Shown here piece after piece: positions 18,629 through 25,986 of a stretch of 31,201 nt of DNA. How positions within the stretch are numbered: position 1 is the first letter of the stretch; every line of letters begins with the position of its first letter. Under the pieces are notes generated by a model that made no database searches, had not been told where the DNA came from, and was given only the letters and a program-made list of their open reading frames with translations. The DNA is taken from positions 1 to 31,201 of the forward strand of contig CAYIMH010000001.1 of the NCBI GenBank assembly GCA_964364525.1, given 5' to 3'. The position numbers and the translations under genes were made by a program. The DNA is from an uncultured Candidatus Saccharibacteria bacterium. Its GTDB lineage: Bacteria; Patescibacteriota; Minisyncoccia; Phycocordibacterales; JACOZG01.

Positions 18629-19758
18629 GATTGCTGATATTGATGCAAGTAATCCGCTCGACTACTGTAAGGCAAACTAATGTCTACCGCTGGCGGTTTA
18701 GCTACCAAATGTTTATTTATTAATTCGACGATATTGTTATCAGTAATCACCGTTAGACCTTGATAGTTGGCCTCATTGACTAGACCCACGTCGGTGCTTA
18801 GGACCGGACAACCAGTCGCGAGCGCTTCGACAATAGTCCGACCATAACCCTCATAGTAAGAAGTATTGATAAACAAATCGGCAGTTTTGTAGTACGAAAT
18901 CAAATCATCGGTCCAGGGTTCGAAAACTACATTAGTTTTCAGTTTGGAGCTTTCGGCCTTCAGCTTCAGTCTGGATTCCTCTGGTCCGGAACCAACGACG
19001 ATTAGACCAGTCTGGAGATATTGTTTAACGACTTCGCGCATCGCTTCAATCGCCAGGCTGATATTTTTCTCTCGTGTCAGGCGTGAGGCCATGAGAATTA
19101 TTTTGTCGAATTGCGGATATTTTTTACGTAAATCAGTTTTAATCGGCATTTGTTTAATTTTTTCTATGTTAACAAAGACCGGCAAAATAATTGGGACAGC
19201 TTTCAGCTTATCGCCTTTAGCTTTTAGGGAATTGACAATGCGTTGACTTACCACTCTAATTTTATCGGCCCGGGGCAGGAGAAAGCTGGCCAGTTGGACC
19301 CGCAGACGATTTAAAAGAGATTCCGAGATGAAATGGGGATTGAGAAAATCGGTGTGAATCTGGAGTTGTAATTTTATCTTAAAAAATCTAGCCAAGAACC
19401 AAGCCACTAAGCCAGATTCAAAGGGATCTTGGGCCGAAATTCCTTCTACCGGCGGCAAAAGTCTGCCGATTCGCCAAGCATCCCAAATATACAACCAGGA
19501 AGAGCGGGAATTGGTGGCATAAAGCCAAATGTTGGGCTCGACAAAAACTGGTTTTGCCGGCAACCTCTGACTGGTCTTAGAAAAAACAATAATGTGAAGT
19601 TGAGAAAAAGATGGGGCATAGCCCTGTAGCCGTTGACGGGCTTCAGAATTTGGTCTGAATAGCCCCGCCTCACTCCCTATAATTATGAGAGAAAGTCGTC
19701 TATTATTATAATCATGAAAAGCCTGATTTGGTACTTTTTCTATATTCTGAGACTTCAT
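18616..19758 (-). CDS. Glycosyltransferase family 4 (start uncertain)
   Basis: QDPFESG, QIHTDFL, ASRLTREKN, NTSYYEGYGRTIVEALATGCPVLSTDVG. The only ATG start overlaps the divergent gene by 45 nt. Confidence 0.88.
   Translation of the reverse strand: MKSQNIEKVPNQAFHDYNNRRLSLIIIGSEAGLFRPNSEARQRLQGYAPSFSQLHIIVFSKTSQRLPAKPVFVEPNIWLYATNSRSSWLYIWDAWRIGRLLPPVEGISAQDPFESGLVAWFLARFFKIKLQLQIHTDFLNPHFISESLLNRLRVQLASFLLPRADKIRVVSQRIVNSLKAKGDKLKAVPIILPVFVNIEKIKQMPIKTDLRKKYPQFDKIILMASRLTREKNISLAIEAMREVVKQYLQTGLIVVGSGPEESRLKLKAESSKLKTNVVFEPWTDDLISYYKTADLFINTSYYEGYGRTIVEALATGCPVLSTDVGLVNEANYQGLTVITDNNIVELINKHLVAKPPAVDISLPYSSRADYLHQYQQSWLS
18932..18966 (-). repeat. In-frame degenerate heptamer array (consensus AARCTRA, 5 units)
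   Basis: Coding strand reads AAGCTGA AGGCCGA AAGCTCC AAACTGA AAACTAA, encoding KLKAESSKLKT. Confidence 0.6.
19196..19230 (-). repeat. In-frame degenerate heptamer array (consensus AAGCTRA)
   Basis: Coding strand reads TCCCTAA AAGCTAA AGGCGAT AAGCTGA AAGCTGT, encoding SLKAKGDKLKA. Confidence 0.6.
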
Positions 19759-20721
19759 AGGGTATTTCGCTGGCTAAACCGCCACCGATTGATTATTCTT
19801 CTTTATCATGGAGTAACCGACCAACAAACTAATCAGCTCTCCCTCTGGAATTATCGCAGCAAACATCTAAGCCGAGCAATTTTTAAGCGCCAATTAGCCT
19901 ATCTGAAAAAGTACTATAACATACTACCCCTAGATCAGGCCATCAGCCATTTAAAGACTTCCCGTTTACCCCCCCATTCTTTATCCATCACTTTCGATGA
20001 TGGCTACAAGAACTTTTTTCTAGAAGCTTATCCGATTATTAAAGCTCGGGAAGTCCCCGTCACCATCTTCTTGACAACTAACTTTGTCTGTCGCCGAGTC
20101 CCCTTGTGGACGGATCGGCTCGAGTACGCCCACAGTCTAATATATACTGATCGACTTGAGGTGGGAAAGAAAACAGACCATAATCGAAGAACCCAGCTAA
20201 AATTAGTCTCCGACTGTGACAAAGAGGTCCAAGTAGCACAAATCGAGCGGGCCGCCAAAGCGGGGCTAAGAGATTTTGCCGGTCCGCGAGCGGTTTATGC
20301 TCCTCTGGACATCGAAGATATACGCCAGATGGATACCGCTCCAGAACATCTAATCGCCTTTGGGCCACACACCCAAAGTCACCCGATCTTAACCCAAGTA
20401 AATTTAAGTCAGGCGCGCGAGGAAATTCGAGGATCAAAAATTGAGGTCAAGGCGATGGCAAAAAATTTCTCCAATGTTATGAGCTACCCTAATGGACAAC
20501 CGACAGACTGGGATGATAATATTGAAAGCATTAGTCGAGAAGAAGGTTTCCTGGCTGCCGTTACTACTATACCGGGACCGGTCAGAACCAGTGATAACCT
20601 ATTTGCCCTGCGACGCTTTACCATGGACCAGACAAACCATTGGCCCTTATTTTTAGCTACCAGTTCTGGCCTACGCGCTGCTCTTCAGTCAATCAAGAGA
20701 AAATATGGACCCAGCCGTTAA
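19714..20721 (+). CDS. Polysaccharide deacetylase (NodB/CE4 family)
   Basis: LLYHGV, SITFDDGY, HTQSHP (metal-binding), SYPNG. Confidence 0.9.
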   Translation: MKSLIWYFFYILRLHRVFRWLNRHRLIILLYHGVTDQQTNQLSLWNYRSKHLSRAIFKRQLAYLKKYYNILPLDQAISHLKTSRLPPHSLSITFDDGYKNFFLEAYPIIKAREVPVTIFLTTNFVCRRVPLWTDRLEYAHSLIYTDRLEVGKKTDHNRRTQLKLVSDCDKEVQVAQIERAAKAGLRDFAGPRAVYAPLDIEDIRQMDTAPEHLIAFGPHTQSHPILTQVNLSQAREEIRGSKIEVKAMAKNFSNVMSYPNGQPTDWDDNIESISREEGFLAAVTTIPGPVRTSDNLFALRRFTMDQTNHWPLFLATSSGLRAALQSIKRKYGPSR

Positions 20722-21466
20722 TTATTTTAATAATACCAGCCAACTCTACATCGCAGAATATGAACGGCTTACCCCCGAGGGATATTCTTTCCGGATTCGT
20801 CGAAAAAAGGTTTTGGCCCTAATCCCATCCGTATCCCGAGGTCTCGCCTTAGACATAGGCGCCGGCCCGGGTATACTGATCTCAGGACTAGAAGACCTAG
20901 GCTATAGCGTGACCGCGACTGATGCCGCTCCCAATATGGTTAGAACAATCTCTAAGCAACACCCCCAGGCTACGGCAATCACGGCCCCAGCGGAACGTCT
21001 GCCCCTACCGGACAAAACTTATGATGTGGTAACCATGCTGGGCCTGCTAGAATATCTAAGTCACGAGGATCTTGCCCTGAGCGAGGTCTGGCGGGTTTTA
21101 AGGCCTGGCGGATTACTGGTGGTAACTTTTCCTCATGCATACAGCCCTTGGAGATTATGGAACAGGCTGTTGGTCTCTACAGTTGGCATCTTCGGACGTT
21201 ACTTCAGAATAATATTTGATAAACCATCGGCCGCTATTGTTCATCGGGAATACCGACCCAGGGTGGCCGAGCAACTTCTAGCTAAAAACGGCTTTGAGAT
21301 TTTACGGGTGTACTTTTATAATTTCAAATTAATCCCTTACCCCCTAGATAAGTTCTTTCCTCTCCTGACAGTTAAAACCTCAGAGTGGTTAGAAAAATTA
21401 GACCGCGGCCCATTATCTTTCTTGGGCACCGGCTTTATCTATCTAGCCCGAAAACCCCTGGAGTAG
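20705..21466 (+). CDS. Class I SAM-dependent methyltransferase
   Basis: ALDIGAGPG, ATDAAPNM, AERLPLPDKTYDVV, VLRPGGLLVV. Confidence 0.92.
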   Translation: MDPAVNYFNNTSQLYIAEYERLTPEGYSFRIRRKKVLALIPSVSRGLALDIGAGPGILISGLEDLGYSVTATDAAPNMVRTISKQHPQATAITAPAERLPLPDKTYDVVTMLGLLEYLSHEDLALSEVWRVLRPGGLLVVTFPHAYSPWRLWNRLLVSTVGIFGRYFRIIFDKPSAAIVHREYRPRVAEQLLAKNGFEILRVYFYNFKLIPYPLDKFFPLLTVKTSEWLEKLDRGPLSFLGTGFIYLARKPLE

Positions 21467-22444
21467 TTCTGACGCGATACTGGGCCAATTATGTAGATGA
21501 CTAAATTCCTTTACTTTCTGCTGAAGCTTTAAATAATCTTGACCATCAATCATTTGCCAGATTGCCGCCTTAAGATCATCTACTGAGAGTGGGTCCACTA
21601 ATAAGGTACGGCTACGCAAGAGGCTGGCCAAACCACATTCCCTCGTCATAATCACTGGCTTATCATAGACAAGGGCCTCAAGGACAAGATTAGGACTAAC
21701 TTCGCTGATAGAAGGTAAGATGACGGCGTAAGCACTGGCTATTTTGTTCATTAATTCGGCATGAGACAGGCTGACTGATTCTAAAATTATATCCGGCTGA
21801 AGTTTTTTCACCTCGGTAAAAGCGCGATTTAAAGTTTCCAGATTTTTAAGTTTTAGCGGGCGGCTAGCAAAAATAAAATTTTTCCGCGTCGGTTCTTGAC
21901 TGGCTTCCTTCGGTCCATAATAATTTTCGACGATCGCTGTTCGAGATAAATCCAGGCCATAGGGATTACGCCAAATTTGCCTCTGCCAGTCAGTACTGAA
22001 AACCAATTTGGTGGCGTGGTGAAGAGTCCAGCGAGTGAGTCGAAAAATAATTTTTTCCTTCAGCGACAATTTGCTCAAGTTGGTTTGGTAAAATTTCCTA
22101 AGTAAAACTAAGTCCCCAGTCCGCTCGACATAACCCTCCCACAAGAAGTCACCGCCAGTTCGAATAATTACTTTTTTGCGCCAAAGCCGCCCGGCAGCGA
22201 CCGTTGGCAAACCGACACTGAAAGTGTCCAAGGCTAAAATAAAATCGGCCCGCCAGATTGCCGGTAAAATTTTCAGAAAAAAATAAAGGTGACGAATGCC
22301 GGTCGGTAGCTTTTTTTCTGACTTATAAGTTTTTACTGCCACCTCGTGGCCTAATTGTTGGAAGGCCTCGGCCAGATTCTTAGCATATTGTGCCGGACCG
22401 CCAATGTCTGGTGGATAGATGCCAGTCGTAATCAGAATTTTCAT
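21443..22444 (-). CDS. Glycosyltransferase family 4
   Basis: MKILITTGIYPPDIGGPAQY, ILPSISEVSPNLVLEAL. Confidence 0.9.
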   Translation of the reverse strand: MKILITTGIYPPDIGGPAQYAKNLAEAFQQLGHEVAVKTYKSEKKLPTGIRHLYFFLKILPAIWRADFILALDTFSVGLPTVAAGRLWRKKVIIRTGGDFLWEGYVERTGDLVLLRKFYQTNLSKLSLKEKIIFRLTRWTLHHATKLVFSTDWQRQIWRNPYGLDLSRTAIVENYYGPKEASQEPTRKNFIFASRPLKLKNLETLNRAFTEVKKLQPDIILESVSLSHAELMNKIASAYAVILPSISEVSPNLVLEALVYDKPVIMTRECGLASLLRSRTLLVDPLSVDDLKAAIWQMIDGQDYLKLQQKVKEFSHLHNWPSIASELLQGFSG

Positions 22445-23634
22445 GGTTTACTTAGAATCTCGGCAAACCTCAACGCCAATTTATCCCAATTATAATTTTC
22501 GCTAACTAATTGCTGGGCCTGTTGAATTACCGTCCGCACCGCCACCTCGTTCGCCGGTGCCAAAATAAATCTGACTTGTTCGGCGACGCTCTTGGGATCA
22601 TTAACCCGACAGAGCCAGCCAGTCTGGCACTTGGACACCAGGTGTCCAAGTGCTTCGGGACTACTTGGACACCTGGTGTCCAAGTGCTTGCCGCCATGTA
22701 AAAAATCCGGGATACCGCCGACCGGCGTACCAATCACTGGCAAACCGACGGCCATGGCTTCCAAGAAGGAATTGCCAAGACCCTCACTGCGCGAGGGACG
22801 GCAGAAAACATCGGCCCTCTCCAAGTACTGGGGTAACTCCAAACTCGGTTTATAGCCCAAAAATGACACCCTAGAGGCCAATCCCAAGCTCTCGACTAGA
22901 CGCTTCAGCGCCTCCTCTTCCTCTCCCGCCCCCACAATCTCCAATTTGACGTTATCGGACAAAAAAGTCAAGGATTTGATCAGATCATCAATGCCATTCT
23001 TTTTCACTAAACGCGAAGTAGTAATAATGATTGGATCAGCCTTTAGCTTACCCGCCTTGTCGTCGGGCAGGTAGCTTTTAGCTTTTAGCTTAAATCTCTC
23101 AAGATCAACTCCATTCGGCATAACCGTAATTGGACAAGTCGCGCCCATTAGTCTCGCCCATTTTCCCAAATACCGCGAGATCACCTGGATCTGATCGGGC
23201 AACCTAAAAACACCGAGCGCTTTCGGCAAAAATAATTTTAAGCGGTAGCTTAGAGAATCCAGATCGTCGCCTTCTTGCAAAGTCAGCAAAAAAGACACGG
23301 TGGGAAATATTTTTTTAAATTTGGCTGCGGCCATTCCCGCCTGATTGGCCATCATCCCCCAGATCAGATCATAAGGTCGAAGTTGGTGACGGCGAGTCGC
23401 CCACCGCGCCGCCCGCCACGGGAAAAGATATTTCCCCCAGAAACCGCCCGGCAGACGGAAAACTCGGACATTGCCGACCATTTCTTCAATAGCCTGACTA
23501 TCACCCAAATTGACCGTCACTAATTCCCAATCATATTGCGGCAAGCGATCGGTCAGCTCGCGAATGGCCACTTCAGCACCACCCACCCATGGGTAGTAGG
23601 CGAGAGAAAAAATTAATACTTTTTTCTTATTCAT
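22441..23634 (-). CDS. Glycosyltransferase family 4 carrying two in-frame repeat-derived segments
   Basis: GGAEVA, PNGVD, TTSRLVKKNG, RPSRSEGLGNSFLEAMAVGLPVIGTPVGGIPDFL. Confidence 0.92.
   Translation of the reverse strand: MNKKKVLIFSLAYYPWVGGAEVAIRELTDRLPQYDWELVTVNLGDSQAIEEMVGNVRVFRLPGGFWGKYLFPWRAARWATRRHQLRPYDLIWGMMANQAGMAAAKFKKIFPTVSFLLTLQEGDDLDSLSYRLKLFLPKALGVFRLPDQIQVISRYLGKWARLMGATCPITVMPNGVDLERFKLKAKSYLPDDKAGKLKADPIIITTSRLVKKNGIDDLIKSLTFLSDNVKLEIVGAGEEEEALKRLVESLGLASRVSFLGYKPSLELPQYLERADVFCRPSRSEGLGNSFLEAMAVGLPVIGTPVGGIPDFLHGGKHLDTRCPSSPEALGHLVSKCQTGWLCRVNDPKSVAEQVRFILAPANEVAVRTVIQQAQQLVSENYNWDKLALRFAEILSKP
22627..22689. repeat. Double palindrome / 27-nt direct repeat (63 nt, in frame within a GT4 gene)
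   Basis: GCACTTGGACACC-A-GGTGTCCAAGTGC (22627-22653) and ACTTGGACACC-T-GGTGTCCAAGT (22663-22685). The two 23-mers (22629-22651 and 22663-22685) are exact reverse complements. Confidence 0.95.
23036..23091 (-). repeat. AAGCTAA heptamer array interrupted by a 21-nt hairpin-forming segment
   Basis: Coding strand reads AAGCTAA AAGCTAA AAGCTAC [CTGCCCGACGACAAGGCGGGT] AAGCTAA AGGCTGA. The stem is TACCTGCC/GGCGGGTA (8 bp, one G-U). Confidence 0.8.
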
Positions 23635-23657
23635 CTCCGTTCATACTTTAATTAGAA

Positions 23658-25394
23658 TTACACTTTCAGCAAGCGTCGAAGATCATCCTCGGTCACTTCA
23701 CCCTTATTACTCGGAGTGGGCGGAGTAGAGGGAATAGGTGGCGGCGGAGAGGACGGTGGCGGCGGAACCGATTTGGGCACATTGAAAGTCTCCCGCGGTG
23801 GCAAGGCGGCCTTAAGCTCCGCCTGCACCGACTTCAAAACATCGCGTAAATCGGCAGAGTGTTTACCGGTACTTTTTTCTTTTTCCTGTTCAGCCTTGTT
23901 CTGTAAAGTTTTCAGCGAGAGTGATTGGGCCTCACGTGGCGGGCTTACCACTTTAGCCAGAGGCGATTCTGGTGGAGGGAGTGGTGGCCGATTAAGCACT
24001 GGCGTCGTTTTGGTATTAATTACCGCCTTGGCCATTGCCTCGCGCATCCCGCCACTACGAGGCGGAGCCGGTCGCGGCGACGATGTTGACGCGCGCGGTC
24101 GAATCTTATTCTCCTCGTGCCAGCGGTTGATTTCAGCTTCCACCACCTCCCGCCCGTGAGCATAATTTTTCCGTGAAGCGGTGATAATTTCCTCCCGATG
24201 CGAAGGCCCCCCTTGAGCAATCGGCCCCATCCCCCGCGCCGAGAAGGGTTGCGAACCGACACCGTTGATCATCAGCGTCAAATACATTTGGTAGAGACCC
24301 AGGTTGACCATGTCCTCCTTCATAAAAGTCGGACCAAAAATCTTTTCGAACACCTCGGCGTCGAAGGGACCGACACGATAGGAAATAATCGAGCCGACGT
24401 TACCGAAGACAGCCGCCCGTACCTCCTCCGACATTTGTTCGATGTATTGATGTGCGATCGTTAACGATAATTTATATTTCCGCGCCTCGGACAGAATGTT
24501 GGCAAATGATTCATTGGCAAAAGACTGAAATTCATCCACGAAAAAGTAGAGGGGCGGTAGAGCGCGCAAGACCGCCGGCGCGACGTTGGCTCGCGACATC
24601 GCCGCCAAATAAATTTTGGTAATAATCATCGAGCCGAGCAAATTAGCATTGGACTCGCCCATCCGCCCCTTGGACAAGTTGATAATCAGAATTTTCTTAT
24701 CATCCATCACCCGACGAAAATCGAAGGAGGACTTGGGCTGGCCGATAATATTCCTAATGAGAGGGTTGGCCGTGAATTGACCGATCTTGTTCTGAATCGC
24801 CGGTACCGCCTCGAGCGCCATCCGCTCGGTATAATTGGCAAATTCGTCCACCCAGAAGGAGCGGACGGAGGGGTCAGTGATATTGGCGACCACCTTCTGG
24901 CGATAATCTTTATCAGACAAAACCCGATTGACTCCAAGCAGGGTGGAGCCGGGAAATTCAAGCAGGGCGAGGAGAGTGTTCTGTAAAATATATTCCATCC
25001 GGGCTGACCAAGCATCGACCCAAATCTTCTTGAACGCCGACATCAGACCGTTAACCACCAAGTGACGCTGATCCTTGCCGATATCTTCCATCACATTAAA
25101 AGAGATGGGGTGATCCAAATCAAAGGGGGCAAAATAGACCACATCGTTGATGCGCGAGGCCGGCACATAGTCGAGCAACTTCTCGGCCGTGCCACCGTGT
25201 GGATCAATAAAGGCCACCCCGTTGCCATTCTGGATATCCTGGATCGCCATATTCTCGAGCATGGTGGACTTACCCATGCCCGTCTTCCCGATCACATAGA
25301 CGTGCCGGCTACGATCCTCGCTCTTGATGCCAAAGCGCGTCCGCTTGCCGCGGAAATCGGTCTCGGCGAAATAGGTGATGTCCTGGGGGGTCAT
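23658..25394 (-). CDS. VirD4/TrwB/TraD-like coupling-protein ATPase with Pro-rich C-terminal tail
   Basis: Start refined to the ATG at 25394. RHVYVIGKTGMGKS (Walker A), FIDPHG, YFFVDEFQ (Walker B), SEARKYKLSLTIAHQY, FGNVGS. The C-terminal ~150 aa is low-complexity Pro/Ser. Confidence 0.85.
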   Translation of the reverse strand: MTPQDITYFAETDFRGKRTRFGIKSEDRSRHVYVIGKTGMGKSTMLENMAIQDIQNGNGVAFIDPHGGTAEKLLDYVPASRINDVVYFAPFDLDHPISFNVMEDIGKDQRHLVVNGLMSAFKKIWVDAWSARMEYILQNTLLALLEFPGSTLLGVNRVLSDKDYRQKVVANITDPSVRSFWVDEFANYTERMALEAVPAIQNKIGQFTANPLIRNIIGQPKSSFDFRRVMDDKKILIINLSKGRMGESNANLLGSMIITKIYLAAMSRANVAPAVLRALPPLYFFVDEFQSFANESFANILSEARKYKLSLTIAHQYIEQMSEEVRAAVFGNVGSIISYRVGPFDAEVFEKIFGPTFMKEDMVNLGLYQMYLTLMINGVGSQPFSARGMGPIAQGGPSHREEIITASRKNYAHGREVVEAEINRWHEENKIRPRASTSSPRPAPPRSGGMREAMAKAVINTKTTPVLNRPPLPPPESPLAKVVSPPREAQSLSLKTLQNKAEQEKEKSTGKHSADLRDVLKSVQAELKAALPPRETFNVPKSVPPPPSSPPPPIPSTPPTPSNKGEVTEDDLRRLLKV

Positions 25395-25401
25395 TGACCT
25401 A

Positions 25402-25407
25402 ATTGTA
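25402..25407 (-). promoter_or_regulatory. -10 element implying a leaderless transcript
   Basis: TACAAT lies exactly 7 nt before the ATG at 25394, with no Shine-Dalgarno sequence. Confidence 0.45.
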
Positions 25408-25486
25408 TGACTTCCGGCAACTTTGGGCAAGAAAAAAGAACCCACGCGCTGGGCGACGGGTTCTCAATGAGATCAATGATTCCAAT

Positions 25487-25918
25487 CTACAAATACAGAC
25501 GCATGGCGTCGCCGGCGGTCTCAAAGCCAAATTGCTCATAGAATCTGGACAAATTCCGTTCGCAACCCAAAACGACCTTGTAGCACTCGCGTCGCTTGGC
25601 CTCGGCCACCGCCGCGCTGACTAGAGTCGAAGCAACGCCCCGCCCCTCCCAGCCACGGCATGTGACGACATCCTCGATGTGAGCGGCAACGGCACCGCCG
25701 CGAATAAATTTCTGCTCGAAGAGGACAGTCACCGCCCCGACAATATATTCCCCCACCACTGCCACCAAGATAAGATGATCGGGATTGGCGGTGATTTTTC
25801 GGAAAATCGCCAAGGCCCCGTCTTGGCTCAAATTCCCCACCGGCTTCAAGTTCTCCAAAGCATCGAGAAAACCCCGGAACAAATCGTCTTCTTTCAGCGG
25901 TCTAACCAACATATACAT
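25487..25918 (-). CDS. GNAT acetyltransferase, glucosamine-6-phosphate N-acetyltransferase (GNA1)-like
   Basis: Start refined to 25918 (AAAGGAG 5 nt upstream). EQKFIRGG, AHIEDVV, GRGVA, CYKVVLGC, FYEQFGF. Confidence 0.78.
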   Translation of the reverse strand: MYMLVRPLKEDDLFRGFLDALENLKPVGNLSQDGALAIFRKITANPDHLILVAVVGEYIVGAVTVLFEQKFIRGGAVAAHIEDVVTCRGWEGRGVASTLVSAAVAEAKRRECYKVVLGCERNLSRFYEQFGFETAGDAMRLYL

Positions 25919-25986
25919 ACCGACTCCTTTCTGGTATTTAAGGACCAAAAAAACGACCAACGCCGCCTAAACTTATAGCACAGCGA

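Noticed and set aside
22627-22689. CRISPR array or integron attC interpretation of the palindromic repeat pair
   Set aside because: Only two units with a 7-nt gap, inside an intact ORF; no cas or integrase gene and no attC-type R/L boxes recognised.
24061-24100. RASTSS segment in the ATPase tail as another mini-element
   Set aside because: The underlying DNA (GCGTCAACATCGTCG) does not match the murC/murD core or form a hairpin.
23716-24159. 147-aa Gly-rich + strand ORF
   Set aside because: Antisense shadow of the Pro-rich (CCN-codon) tail of the ATPase.
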